Shown: one piece after another, positions 50,644 to 61,355 of the stretch
Layout of the letters: each line of letters starts with the position of its first letter
Numbering within the stretch: position 1 is the first letter of the stretch
Origin: Planktothrix mougeotii LEGE 06226
Lineage (GTDB): Bacteria; Cyanobacteriota; Cyanobacteriia; Cyanobacteriales; Microcoleaceae
Length of the DNA stretch: 64,000 nt
Direction of reading: 5' to 3'
NCBI RefSeq assembly: GCF_015207485.1
Contig: NZ_JADEWU010000005.1
Span: forward strand, 52,508 to 116,507
Position numbers and translations under genes: made by a program
Notes under the pieces: generated by a model
Told to the model about the DNA's origin: nothing
Databases searched by the model: none
The model's input: the letters and a program-made list of their open reading frames with translations, nothing else

Positions 50644-51309
50644 TTGATCCTGATTATTACAGAAGGTTTAACAATGTTGTTAGAACTAAAACGGATTACG
50701 GTTCCCCCCGGACAAACGGTGTTCTTGAATCATATTACTTGGCAAGAATTTGAAACCATCTTAGAAGAATTAGGCGAACATCGTTCATCCCGAATTGCTT
50801 ATGCGAATGGAACCTTAGAAATTATGACTCCTTTACCTGAACACGAATCTAGTAAAGAATTAGTGAGTGATTTAATTAAAGCGTTATTAGAAGAACTCGA
50901 TATCGAATTTTTTCCTTTGGGTTCTACGACTTTCAAAAATCAACTCATGCAGCAAGGAATAGAACCCGATAACTGTTTTTATATTCAACATGAAGCCTTA
51001 GTTAGAAATAAAAAACGATTAGATTTAACCGTTGATCCCCCTCCAGATTTAGCCTTAGAAATTGATATTACTTCCCGCACCCATCCTTATATTTATGCTG
51101 CGTTAGGGGTTCCTGAACTCTGGCGATTTGAAAACAGGATCTTAAAAATTTATATTTTGCAAAATGGAGACTATCAACAAACTCAATACAGTCCCACCTT
51201 CCCAAATTTACCCTTAACGGATATTATTCCTCAATATTTACAACAAATTCAAATATCAGGACGAAACGCTACCCTAAAACAATTTAGAACCTGGATCAAA
51301 AGTTTGTAG
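50644..51309 (+). CDS. Uma2-family (DUF820) restriction-endonuclease-fold protein
   Basis: Family pattern ...ILE..TP.P.HE... with PDLALEI and LGVPELW. Confidence 0.8.
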   Translation: MILIITEGLTMLLELKRITVPPGQTVFLNHITWQEFETILEELGEHRSSRIAYANGTLEIMTPLPEHESSKELVSDLIKALLEELDIEFFPLGSTTFKNQLMQQGIEPDNCFYIQHEALVRNKKRLDLTVDPPPDLALEIDITSRTHPYIYAALGVPELWRFENRILKIYILQNGDYQQTQYSPTFPNLPLTDIIPQYLQQIQISGRNATLKQFRTWIKSL

Positions 51310-51402
51310 CGTGCGGCTATTATATTTATTATCACTTTATCCTCCCTATCACTATAAAATGAAACCAGGGATTGCACCAATTCAGAGGGAATCACAAGAC
51401 CT

Positions 51403-53238
51403 ATGTACATGAATGATTATCTCAAAAACCAACAAAGACACTTTATTCAGCGCCTCAAAACTGGATTAAACAGTTTATACCGTTATGAAAAACTTGGATA
51501 TGGAGAAATTAAAACCCTTTCGGGTCAGGACTTAAACCCCATTCGTCAACACGCTTGGGATATGGTTAGAAAATATCGGAAAGCTGACCCTCAAGTCGTT
51601 TTCAGAAATACTCTGATGGGGAAACTGGGAGAAGAAATCGTTAAAAAATGTTTAGGGGATTCTGTAAGTTATATTAACTATGAAATTATCCCAGACAGTG
51701 GGGATGGCCGTGTTGATCTCCGTATTCATACGGATGATTCCATTGGCATTCAAGTGAAAACCCGCTATAGTTTCCCCAGCACTGCCCAATGGTGGATCAG
51801 TTGGGAAGAAATGACTCAAAATCAAGCTATTGTTTGTATTTTAATTTATTCCGATTCTCAAAATAGTATTAAATTTGATGAGTTTAAATCCGAATATTCC
51901 GCCATTATTGCTGGGTTTCTTCCCGCCCGTTTACTTCAGAAGCGTATTGAACAAAAAGAAATCAGTTTAGAATATTATCAAAATAAAAGTATTGTTAAAT
52001 TGCAGATTAATGATTTACATTACGGCGAAGGATTGGAGTTTTTTTTAAAAGGCTTAACCAATAATCCTGATTTTTACCTAGAATCTGGGTTAAATTGTGC
52101 TGAACAACAGGGAGATTATCAAACCGCCATTAAAAATTATACGAAAGCATTACAACTACAACCTACTTATGCAGATGCTTATCGTTATCGCGGAATAGCT
52201 TACTTTAAAATAGGTCAAAAACAGGCAGCTATTGATAATTTATTAGATGCTTCCGATTTATATTCTAAACAAGGGAATATTAATGCAGTTCAAGAAATTA
52301 ATTTGATGATTCGAGATGTTCAAAAAATTAATGAACCTCTCTCAACCGTCGAAAAATGGAATTGTATCCAAACTCTAAAACTCCATTCCGCTAATATTTT
52401 TTGCTGTACTATCAGCACCAACGGTCAAATTTTAGTCACCGGAAGTAAAGATAAAAGTGTTAAAGTTTTAAATCCTCAAACCGGAGAATTGTTACACACC
52501 TTTACTGGACATCACGATCATATTTATGCCGTTGCTATTAGTCCCAATTCTTCTATAATAGCCAGTGGGAGTTGTGATAATACTATAAAACTCTGGAATT
52601 TAAAAACCGGAGCATTAATCAAAACTATTAAAGTGCATTCTCATTATATTACCAGTTTAAAATTTACGCCCGATGGCGAAAACTTAATTAGTGGCTGTTG
52701 GGATTATACCGTGCAGTTATGGAAAGTCGCCACCGGAGAAAACCTCAGAACCCTTTATAAACATTCTGGGGCTGTTGATTGTGTCGATATGACTTCTAAT
52801 TGGGATTTTATTGTTAGTGGGGGAAGGGATAGAAAAGTGATGATTTGGGACTTGAGAAATATGAAAATTTGCCGAACTTTAGTTCAACGATTTTATATCC
52901 GATCTTTAGCCATTAGTCCCGATAATCAATTTATTGTCACGAGTAGCGATGATGGTAAACTGTTTATTTGGAATCTGCAAAAAGGTCAACTGATTCGCAC
53001 GTTAAATCACCATAAAAATTGCGTTTATACCGTTGCAATTAGTCCTGATGGTAATAGAATAGCCAGTGGTAGCTCTGATCAAACGATTAATATCTGGAAT
53101 TTACACACTGGAGAATTAATCGAGAGTTTAAACCCTCAAGGTGGCGCGATTTATTCCGTTACTTTTATTACCCCCGATGGTCATACTTTCGCCAGTAGTC
53201 ATGGAGATGGAAGCATTAAAATTTGGAAACAGAGTTAG
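51403..53238 (+). CDS. Multidomain protein: N-terminal uncharacterised (possibly nuclease-fold) domain, TPR, then 7-8 WD40 repeats
   Basis: TPR (YADAYRYRGIAYFKIGQ) and WD40 repeats (GHHDHIYAVAISPN..ASGSCDNTIKLWNL etc.). Confidence 0.85.
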   Translation: MYMNDYLKNQQRHFIQRLKTGLNSLYRYEKLGYGEIKTLSGQDLNPIRQHAWDMVRKYRKADPQVVFRNTLMGKLGEEIVKKCLGDSVSYINYEIIPDSGDGRVDLRIHTDDSIGIQVKTRYSFPSTAQWWISWEEMTQNQAIVCILIYSDSQNSIKFDEFKSEYSAIIAGFLPARLLQKRIEQKEISLEYYQNKSIVKLQINDLHYGEGLEFFLKGLTNNPDFYLESGLNCAEQQGDYQTAIKNYTKALQLQPTYADAYRYRGIAYFKIGQKQAAIDNLLDASDLYSKQGNINAVQEINLMIRDVQKINEPLSTVEKWNCIQTLKLHSANIFCCTISTNGQILVTGSKDKSVKVLNPQTGELLHTFTGHHDHIYAVAISPNSSIIASGSCDNTIKLWNLKTGALIKTIKVHSHYITSLKFTPDGENLISGCWDYTVQLWKVATGENLRTLYKHSGAVDCVDMTSNWDFIVSGGRDRKVMIWDLRNMKICRTLVQRFYIRSLAISPDNQFIVTSSDDGKLFIWNLQKGQLIRTLNHHKNCVYTVAISPDGNRIASGSSDQTINIWNLHTGELIESLNPQGGAIYSVTFITPDGHTFASSHGDGSIKIWKQS

Positions 53239-53279
53239 AGAATAGCTAGAGATTTCGTTATTATGATTAAAAGACAACC

Positions 53280-53663
53280 TTAAATCGCAGCACCCACCAT
53301 TGCAATTTTGCGGTATTCTTCAGCCACATTTTGGCAAGCTTTAGCACAGTTTTGACAGTGAGTGTTATTGTGTTTTTGACATTCTTTAGCGCAAGCTTCA
53401 CAAATTTCTAAACAAGTCCGACACAGAGGCGCAATAAAGCGGGAACCGCGACTCATAAACCCTGCAATTGCCCAACAGAGTTGAGAACAATCTCGGCATA
53501 AACGAGCGCATTCTGGCATATTTCCGATACATTCATCGGCACAGTGTTCACACTCAACTGCACATTGTAGGACAATTTCAAGTCCAGATTTATGATTCTG
53601 ATGAGCCATTTTTTTATTCTCCCAAAAAATAAGCATTACTAAAACTACTATTATCAAAAACAA
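53280..53663 (-). CDS. Cys-rich four-helix-bundle copper-binding protein (DUF326/Csp-like)
   Basis: About 18 Cys in CxxxC/CxxC arrays (CEHCADEC, CRDCSQLC, CEACAKEC). Confidence 0.65.
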   Translation of the reverse strand: MFLIIVVLVMLIFWENKKMAHQNHKSGLEIVLQCAVECEHCADECIGNMPECARLCRDCSQLCWAIAGFMSRGSRFIAPLCRTCLEICEACAKECQKHNNTHCQNCAKACQNVAEEYRKIAMVGAAI

Positions 53664-53820
53664 TATTGTTCTCCTCTTTCTTCAGGAATAGATTATGAAA
53701 AATATCTCGATATTTCTCCATCAGGAGGCATAAACTTAATCCGGTTCTCTACCTAAATATAGATTAACAGTTTGCTCCAATTCTATACAATATCCTCAAC
53801 CCAGACTGAGGATAATTTGA

Positions 53821-54567
53821 GTGAGTCAGAAACACGATGATTTAGGAGAACAAGCCTTAAGCAAACTAGCAGAAATGACTCTAGCTAGTCAATTAGATGA
53901 AGTTGAAGAACTGGATGTCAATGTTAATACTGATCCGATTAAGTTAGTTCAGGGTCAAGTTGACTCCGCCACAATTTCAGGAACAGGAATGGTGATGAAA
54001 AGCGACTTGAGAATGGAAAAAATGGAAATGAAAACTTCTGAAATTTCTATTAATCCCCTGAGTGTTGCTTTCGGACAAATTGAACTTAAACATCCGACCC
54101 AAGCAACGGCTGAAGTTGTGTTAACAGAAGCCGATATTAATCGGGCTTTTAATTCTGATTATATTCTCAAAAAACTGCAAGGTTTAGAAATTGCAGTTGA
54201 GGGAAATCAGAACATTATTGATACTCAAGCGGTTGAATTCAAACTCCCTGGAGAGGGTCGATTTTTTCTCCAAGCTTATCTGATTTCACACCCCAAGGGA
54301 GAATCCTCAAAAATTGCATTTACAGCCTTACCGGAGGTCAGTTCAGATCGCAAAACGATTCAACTCAAGGATATTCAATATTCTCAAGGAGGAAATGTTT
54401 CTCCTGAATTAACTCAGGCGTTAATTGATGAATCTAGCGAACTCTTAAATTTAGATAATTTTAACTTGAAAGGGGTAAATCTTCGCATTCAACGCTTAAA
54501 TTTAGAGCCTCAAAAAATCACCTTGTTAGCAGAAGCCGATGTTGAATCTTTTCCATCAGCTAGTTAG
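53821..54567 (+). CDS. Hypothetical protein
   Basis: ORF with coding-like composition; no family recognised. Confidence 0.45.
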   Translation: MSQKHDDLGEQALSKLAEMTLASQLDEVEELDVNVNTDPIKLVQGQVDSATISGTGMVMKSDLRMEKMEMKTSEISINPLSVAFGQIELKHPTQATAEVVLTEADINRAFNSDYILKKLQGLEIAVEGNQNIIDTQAVEFKLPGEGRFFLQAYLISHPKGESSKIAFTALPEVSSDRKTIQLKDIQYSQGGNVSPELTQALIDESSELLNLDNFNLKGVNLRIQRLNLEPQKITLLAEADVESFPSAS

Positions 54568-54573
54568 TTTTGG

Positions 54574-55152
54574 TTGAAGTTTATGCTCAACCTCAGACAT
54601 TTACCTACATTTACCATTGGAGATCAACTTATGACCCGCATTACTCATTTAGAACCTTTAATTGAAGGCAACGAACAGGAATATTATGATAGTGGGATTC
54701 CCAGTAGTGTTGCGATTTTAGGACATCCTCTGCATCCTTTAATTGTTACCTTTCCCGTTGCCTTTTTAACAACAGCCTTATTGACAGATATTCTATTTTT
54801 ATTCACCAATTCCTCATTTTGGGCAACCGCATCATTTTGGTTAATTGTAGGTGGAATTTTAACTGGAATTTTAGCTGGATTAACAGGAATGTTAGATTTC
54901 TTTAAAATTCATCGAGTCCGAGAACATAAAGCGGGATGGATTCACATGGTCGGTAATATTACTGCGTTAGTATTATCAGGAATTAGTTTATTTTTACGGT
55001 GGGATAATGTTATTGATAGTATTGCTCCTTGGGGAATTATTCTATCTTTAGTTGTGGCTGGACTTTTAGGAATTACAGGATGGTATGGTGGTGAATTAGT
55101 CTATCGCCATAAAATTGCTGTTATTGGGGATGGAAATCCTCACCAAGCTTAA
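54574..55152 (+). CDS. Hypothetical membrane protein (4 TMs)
   Basis: ORF; the ATG lies 7 bp after the upstream stop. Confidence 0.45.
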   Translation: MKFMLNLRHLPTFTIGDQLMTRITHLEPLIEGNEQEYYDSGIPSSVAILGHPLHPLIVTFPVAFLTTALLTDILFLFTNSSFWATASFWLIVGGILTGILAGLTGMLDFFKIHRVREHKAGWIHMVGNITALVLSGISLFLRWDNVIDSIAPWGIILSLVVAGLLGITGWYGGELVYRHKIAVIGDGNPHQA

Positions 55153-55240
55153 ATATTTTTTCGGACTAGGGGTGCATTTTTTTAGAGTCTTAATGCCCCC
55201 TATCATTCTATCAAAAAACTTCAACACAAAGATATTAATC

Positions 55241-56932
55241 ATGGAAACTTACGACGTTATTATTATTGGAGCAGGTCACAACGGTTTAACCTGTGCGTCT
55301 TATCTTTTAAAAGCCGGATACAGTGTTTTATTACTCGAAAAGCGGTCTGTTCCTGGGGGTGCTGCTACTACAGAAGAAGCCCTTCCTCAAGAAGCTCCAG
55401 GGTTTAAATTTAATCTGTGTGCCATTGATCATGAATTTATTCATTTAGGGCCAGTAGTAGAGGAATTAGAACTGCATAAATATGGATTAGAATATTTATT
55501 TTGTGATCCAGTTGTATTTTGTCCTCATCCTGATGGCAAATACTTTTTAGCCCATAGATCGATTGAAGAAACCTGTGCTGAAATTGGACGATATAATGCC
55601 AGAGATGCCGCTAAATATCGAGAGTTTGTCGGATTTTGGCAACGGTTTATTAATGCTGCAATTCCCATTTTTAGCGCTCCCCCTCAATCTGTTATTGATA
55701 TTGCTGGAAACTACAATATTAGTAAACTGAAAGATTTGTTTTCTGTTCTGGGTTCCCCGGAAAAAGCCCTCGATTTTGCCCGAACTATGTTAAGCAGTGC
55801 TGAGGACTTATTAAATGAATGGTTTGATGAGGAATTTCTCAAAGCACCTTTAGCTCGGTTAGCATCAGAATTAGGAACGCCACCGTCACAAAAAAATCTC
55901 GCCGTTGGTGCGATGATGATGACCATGCGACATCATCCAGGTATGGCTAGACCGAAAGGAGGAACAGGAGCATTAGTTCAAGCTTTATTAAATTTAATTC
56001 AAGCTCATGGCGGTGTAATTTTAACGGATCAACACGTTGAAAAAGTATTAGTTGATGATGGAAAAGCCATTGGAGTTAGGGTTGCCAATGGCAAAGAATA
56101 TCGAGCCAATAAAGGAGTAATTTCTAATATTGATGCTAAACGCTTGTTTTTGCATTTAATGGATGCTGCGGATGTCGATCATGCAGATTCTGAATTGCGA
56201 GAACGGTTAGAACGGCGAATTGTTAATAATAATGAAACGATTCTCAAAATTGATTGTGCATTATCGGAACCTTTGCGGTTTGAACATCATGATCATCGAG
56301 ATGAATATTTAATAGGTTCTGTATTAATTGCGGACTCGGTTAAACAGGTGGAAATTGCTCACCATGATACTACTTTAGGCAAAATTCCTGATGCTGATCC
56401 TTCGATGTATGTTGTGGTTCCAACAATGCTTGATCCAACCATGGCTCCTGACGGAAAACATACCCTTTGGATTGAATTTTTTGCGCCTTATCAAATTGAA
56501 GGAGCCGAAGGAACGGGGTTAAAAGGAACAGGTTGGACAGATGAATTAAAGAATAAAGTAGCGGATCGAGTTTTAGATAAATTAGCGGACTATTCTCCGA
56601 ATTTAAAACAATCGATTATTGCTCGTCGGGTGGAAAGTCCAGCAGAATTAGGAGAAAGATTAGGAGCCTTGAATGGGAATTACTATCACATTGATATGAC
56701 CTTAGAACAAATGATGTTCTTCCGTCCTTTACCAGAAATTGCTAATTACCATACCCCGATTAAAGGATTATATTTAACCGGAGCAGGAACTCATCCAGGT
56801 GGTTCAATTTCTGGCTTACCGGGTCGCAATTGTGCCAGAGTATTTTTACACCATCAACAACCCATTTCTCAAACCTTAACCGAGGCTTATCAGTCTATTA
56901 AATCCATTACCAACTCGGTCTTAGGAAGTTAA
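55241..56932 (+). CDS. CrtI-family FAD-dependent oxidoreductase (phytoene desaturase / carotenoid ketolase or isomerase-like); start reassigned to 55241
   Basis: The dinucleotide-binding motif DVIIIGAGHNGLTCASYLLKAGYSVLLLEKR..PGG sits at the N-terminus of the reassigned ORF. Confidence 0.8.
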   Translation: METYDVIIIGAGHNGLTCASYLLKAGYSVLLLEKRSVPGGAATTEEALPQEAPGFKFNLCAIDHEFIHLGPVVEELELHKYGLEYLFCDPVVFCPHPDGKYFLAHRSIEETCAEIGRYNARDAAKYREFVGFWQRFINAAIPIFSAPPQSVIDIAGNYNISKLKDLFSVLGSPEKALDFARTMLSSAEDLLNEWFDEEFLKAPLARLASELGTPPSQKNLAVGAMMMTMRHHPGMARPKGGTGALVQALLNLIQAHGGVILTDQHVEKVLVDDGKAIGVRVANGKEYRANKGVISNIDAKRLFLHLMDAADVDHADSELRERLERRIVNNNETILKIDCALSEPLRFEHHDHRDEYLIGSVLIADSVKQVEIAHHDTTLGKIPDADPSMYVVVPTMLDPTMAPDGKHTLWIEFFAPYQIEGAEGTGLKGTGWTDELKNKVADRVLDKLADYSPNLKQSIIARRVESPAELGERLGALNGNYYHIDMTLEQMMFFRPLPEIANYHTPIKGLYLTGAGTHPGGSISGLPGRNCARVFLHHQQPISQTLTEAYQSIKSITNSVLGS

Positions 56933-56949
56933 AGTCTACTGTAGAGACG

Positions 56950-56981
56950 TGCCATGGCGCGTCTCTCTACAGGGGTTTTAA
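56950..56981. terminator. Palindromic element TGTAGAGACGTGCCATGGCGCGTCTCTCTACA, 18 bp after the crtI-like stop
   Basis: Same stem family. Confidence 0.6.
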
Positions 56982-57197
56982 TGGAGCATCTGTATCATCG
57001 ATTTAAGAATTTGATATTATAAACTATTAGAAATTTTTAGATATTTTATTAATAATTAAAACACAACAAATCAAGCTCAAGTTTATAACGATAATTGTAG
57101 AACTTGTATAGGTTATTCCCCGCGAAAGATGAAGGTTAGAGGCAGAAATAATTACAGTATAAATAGTTAAAAAAGCCTTAAAATCAGGAGATTTAAA

Positions 57198-57560
57198 ATG
57201 AATCGTGATTCTGAACCTAGAGCGAATTTAAAAGAATTTGAACAACCGATGAGTCCCCAGGAAGTTGATCCTGAACAAAAACGTTGGCAAAAAGAAGAGT
57301 TAGAAAAAAATGGCAAAACACTAACTGCTAACCCTGGAGACCGGATTGATAACTCTAAAACCTTAGCAGAAAAAGCTAAACAAGTTGCGGTAGATGCTCC
57401 AGATATTACCGGAGATCATATCGTTGTTCCGACTTATTTTATGGTTGAATATCCCGATGGAGAAAGAAAAGCTCTTCATCATGTTAGAGATGCGGAAGAA
57501 ATTTCTGATGTCATTCGTCAAGCGAGGATGGATGAAAATGGAAATCGAATTTGGTGGTAA
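57198..57560 (+). CDS. Hypothetical protein
   Basis: ORF only. Confidence 0.4.
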   Translation: MNRDSEPRANLKEFEQPMSPQEVDPEQKRWQKEELEKNGKTLTANPGDRIDNSKTLAEKAKQVAVDAPDITGDHIVVPTYFMVEYPDGERKALHHVRDAEEISDVIRQARMDENGNRIWW

Positions 57561-57586
57561 ATCCTGTTTATTTTAACAATTCATCC

Positions 57587-58336
57587 CTAATACCAGTTTT
57601 GATACCATTGCTGCATTTGGTTAATTTCAGCCGTTTGGCTATCAATAATTGCTTGTGCTAATTCTCGAATCTCTGGGCGATTGCTATGGACTAACACCAT
57701 TTGTGCCATCCTGACACCCATTTGATGATGAGGAACCATTTCTTCAATAAAGGCGCGATCAAAATCTGAGGCATTTTGCAAGGCTGTGGTATTGCCTAGC
57801 ATGGTTCTCATACCGCCCATACAACCCATGCTGGCTTGCCACCCAGACGAAACCGTCCCTGGGTTATAGCCTCCCCAGTTTCCGTGCATCCCCATACCCG
57901 GTATCCCCTGCGGAACATCAGCGTTATACCATTGCCGATACCAAGTTGCCATCTTCTCGATCTCACGGGTTTGACTGTCTTTGATGGACTGGGCAAGAGT
58001 GCGAATTTCGGGATGCTGCGATCGCTGAAGTGCCAGATCTGCCATTGTGATTGCTCCTTGGTGATGGGGAATCATCATCACAATGAAGTGTTGATCCGGT
58101 TGTCCCATCATGCCCCCCATCCCAGGAACGGCTTGAGACAATCGAGTTGATGCAGCAGGAATAGGTGAGGCTTGAGAAGCCTGAGCAAACGTTTTAAAAG
58201 CTAGGACTAAGGCTAAAGTTGTGACTGTACCACCGGCTAGAAGTCCAATCATCAATGAGGAGAAAATAGACTTACGATTCATAAAGAAAGGATGGGAGTG
58301 TGGAAACTCAGCGTCTTTAGACCTGAGAGGAAACAC
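57587..58336 (-). CDS. DUF305-family periplasmic metal(copper)-binding protein (CopM-like)
   Basis: Signal peptide and two repeats with the HHQ/ A..MA..ALQ pattern (MMIPHHQGAITMADLAL; MVPHHQMGVRMAQMVL). Confidence 0.7.
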   Translation of the reverse strand: MFPLRSKDAEFPHSHPFFMNRKSIFSSLMIGLLAGGTVTTLALVLAFKTFAQASQASPIPAASTRLSQAVPGMGGMMGQPDQHFIVMMIPHHQGAITMADLALQRSQHPEIRTLAQSIKDSQTREIEKMATWYRQWYNADVPQGIPGMGMHGNWGGYNPGTVSSGWQASMGCMGGMRTMLGNTTALQNASDFDRAFIEEMVPHHQMGVRMAQMVLVHSNRPEIRELAQAIIDSQTAEINQMQQWYQNWY

Positions 58337-58769
58337 GACTCAGGGGAATTTATTCCCCGTGAATATTGGATTGGGAACCGACAAAAATTGTTGTATTTGC
58401 TGATTCCCGGTTTTTTAGGATTTCTCCCACTCTGATTTCTCAGGTAAAGTTAGCTTCGCCAATGTTATCGGTCGGTAACTATCCCAAAAGCACTGTCTTA
58501 CCCCTCGTAAAACTGTTTAACTTTCGAGTTCCAGAGCAACGGACTAGCTACGCATCCATTGGTGGGTCTTTAACACTTACCGATAACGTAGCCATTAGGC
58601 TCAGGCTGGTCAACTAACTAAAGCTAGAGGCTTGAAGCCCCGTCACTTCAGTGCGGGGTGCTGACAATTCCACCTGACAACGTTCTCTTGGGTCGAGCTT
58701 TCATGGGCTCAACGTTATTAACTTAGACGTTACTTTAATTATAGCAATCCTAAGTCAGATTCCAAACAC

Positions 58770-58870
58770 TTTGTAGGGGCAAACCCCCCGTGGTTGCCCG
58801 TAGATTGGGGTAGTAGATTGTAGGGTAGGCACGGGGGTACAACCCCTACATTGTTTACAAATCCTACAGG
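58770..58870. repeat. MITE-like long hairpin with TGTAGGGGCAAACCCCC...GGGGGTACAACCCCTACA inverted termini
   Basis: Direct reading; related by its TGTAGGGG ends to the 12032-12170 element. Confidence 0.35.
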
Positions 58871-59021
58871 TATTGCTATATATAACTATTTTCTATTATA
58901 TTTAATCCATTGACCTGAGCAGCTTAGAATGGGAATCATTATTTATTACAAAAAAACGGTTCAGATCTTTCAAGAATGTGACTACAATGCTGATCATTAA
59001 GATTGATTCAGCAAACGAGCA

Positions 59022-61148
59022 ATGACTCAGACTCCTTCTCTGAAAACTCAACAGATGCAGGTCGGTGGTATGGATTGTGGTAGCTGTGCTGCCAAGATCG
59101 AAGCAGGGGTACAGAAAATACCCGGTGTGGCACAAATATCCGTGAGTGTGGCGACGGAACGCTTAAGTGTGACCTATGACCCAAAGCAGGTGAGTGAGCA
59201 GGAAATTCGCGATCACATCATCTCTCTAGGCTACACCATCATCATTCCAGAGGCTCACGACCACGACCACAGCCATCGTCACGGTTCAGGGGAGTTTAAC
59301 CTAAAACAGGAACTGCTTCCAGTGATCGGAGTCATTGTCTTGCTGGTGCTGGGAATAGTCTTTGAACAGCCACTCCACAATACGCCCTACAACATTGGTG
59401 AGTATGCCGTGTTCATTCCCGCTTATTTGATCAGTGGCTCAATAGTATTAAAAGCGGCGGGACGGAACATTCTCAGGGGACAGGTGTTTGATGAAAACTT
59501 TTTGATGACCATTGCCACAATAGGGGCGATTGCCATTCATCAACTCCCTGAAGCCGTCGCCGTTATGCTGTTTTTCCGCATTGGAGAGTTGTTTCAAGAA
59601 TACGCGGTGGGTCGCTCTCGTCGCTCTATCAAGTCTGTGCTGGAAGTTCGTCCCGACACTGCCAATCTCAACGTTAATGGAACAATTAAACAAGTCTCCC
59701 CAGAAACCGTTAATGTGGGAGACATTATTGTTGTCAAACCTGGAGAAAAGATTCCCTTAGATGGTGAAATTCTCGAAGGTCAATCTCAAATTGATACTTC
59801 AGCATTAACCGGAGAATCAGTTCCGCGCACGGTGAAAGTTGGAGAATTGATTCTCGCAGGAATGATTAATCAAACGGGTGTGCTGACTGTGCAAGTTACC
59901 AAACCCTTTGGAGAATCTTCAATTGCTAAAATTCTTGATCTCGTCGAGAATGCTACCAGTAAAAAGGCAGAAACCGAGAAATTCATCACCCGATTTGCTC
60001 GCTACTACACCCCCGTTGTCGTTGTTCTGTCCCTGGCTGTGGCCCTTCTACCGCCTGTTTTTATTCCCGGTGCAACTCACAGCGAATGGGTTTACCGCGC
60101 CTTAATTCTGCTGGTGATTTCCTGTCCCTGCGGACTCGTGATTAGTATTCCCTTGGGTTACTTTGGGGGTATTGGAGGTGCTGCCAAACGAGGCATTCTG
60201 GTGAAAGGTTCGACGTTTTTGGATGCCCTGACCGCCGTTAAAACCGTTGTTTTTGATAAAACCGGAACCTTGACTCAAGGGGTGTTTAAAGTTGCCCAGA
60301 TTGTGACTCAAAATGGTTTTTCCGAAACAGAATTGCTGAAACTGGCTGCCCAAGCTGAATTTCATTCTAGTCACCCCATTGCACAATCCATTCGAGAAGC
60401 CTACGGTCAACCGATTGAGCAGGGCCAGATAACAGACTATGAAGAAATTGCGGGTTATGGTATTCGGGCGACGGTGAACAATCAAGTCGTTCTCGCCGGA
60501 AATGATCGGCTTTTACATCGAGAAAACATTAACCACAATACCTGCAATGTTGAGGGTACTGTGGTTCATCTGGCTGTTGAGGGACGTTATGCAGGTTACA
60601 TTTTAATTGGCGATGAAATTAAGGACGATGCCATCAAAGCGATTCAAGATCTCAAAAGCCTGGGCATTGAGCAAATCGTGATGTTGACGGGTGACAACGG
60701 CATCGTTGCTAAAAGCATTGCACAGCAGTTGGGTTTAGATTCTTACAAGGCTGAATTGTTACCTGAAGGAAAAGTAGAAGCTATTGAGGCTTTGTTGAGT
60801 CGATCTGGAAACAGCAAAGTTGCGTTTGTCGGGGATGGCATCAACGACGCTCCTGTGATTGCTAGAGCGGATATCGGTATGGCGATGGGTGGCTTGGGAT
60901 CGGATGCAGCGATTGAAACAGCAGATGTGGTGATTATGACCGATGCTCCGTCTAAAGTGGCGGAAGGGATTCAAGTTGCCAAAAAGACTCGCCAGATTGT
61001 GGTGCAGAATATTGTACTGGCAATGGGAATTAAAGGCTTGTTTATCGGTTTAGGTGTGATTGGGATAGCAACCTTGTGGGAGGCTGTCTTTGCTGATGTG
61101 GGAGTGGCACTCCTGGCAATCTTTAATGCAACTAGAGTCCTCAAGTAG
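59022..61148 (+). CDS. Heavy-metal-translocating P1B-type ATPase (Zn/Cd/Co-type)
   Basis: N-terminal HMA GMDCGSCAAKIE, the His-rich HDHDHSHRHG, the TM6 CPC motif, DKTGTLT, and GDGINDAP. Confidence 0.9.
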   Translation: MTQTPSLKTQQMQVGGMDCGSCAAKIEAGVQKIPGVAQISVSVATERLSVTYDPKQVSEQEIRDHIISLGYTIIIPEAHDHDHSHRHGSGEFNLKQELLPVIGVIVLLVLGIVFEQPLHNTPYNIGEYAVFIPAYLISGSIVLKAAGRNILRGQVFDENFLMTIATIGAIAIHQLPEAVAVMLFFRIGELFQEYAVGRSRRSIKSVLEVRPDTANLNVNGTIKQVSPETVNVGDIIVVKPGEKIPLDGEILEGQSQIDTSALTGESVPRTVKVGELILAGMINQTGVLTVQVTKPFGESSIAKILDLVENATSKKAETEKFITRFARYYTPVVVVLSLAVALLPPVFIPGATHSEWVYRALILLVISCPCGLVISIPLGYFGGIGGAAKRGILVKGSTFLDALTAVKTVVFDKTGTLTQGVFKVAQIVTQNGFSETELLKLAAQAEFHSSHPIAQSIREAYGQPIEQGQITDYEEIAGYGIRATVNNQVVLAGNDRLLHRENINHNTCNVEGTVVHLAVEGRYAGYILIGDEIKDDAIKAIQDLKSLGIEQIVMLTGDNGIVAKSIAQQLGLDSYKAELLPEGKVEAIEALLSRSGNSKVAFVGDGINDAPVIARADIGMAMGGLGSDAAIETADVVIMTDAPSKVAEGIQVAKKTRQIVVQNIVLAMGIKGLFIGLGVIGIATLWEAVFADVGVALLAIFNATRVLK

Positions 61149-61355
61149 CAAGGGAAGAGGTCATGGGCATTTATTACTTATCCGTTGGTAAATTGAGGAA
61201 ATATTGACGGATTTTATCTAAAAATCTTAAGTTAGTTATTATTTAAAACAAACTGAACAATCCATTGGTAAAAACTTGAACATTAGATCTGTCTTATGGA
61301 TGAGGAATTATTGTTTTTTCTATGCAAAATTAGAATCTATGAAAATGAAATTTAG

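Noticed and set aside
58366-59135. Small ORFs (58366-58617 +, 58902-59135 -) as a possible ArsR/SmtB metal repressor next to the P-type ATPase
   Set aside because: The translations lack an HTH and metal-binding motifs, and the second overlaps the ATPase start. Treated as spurious.
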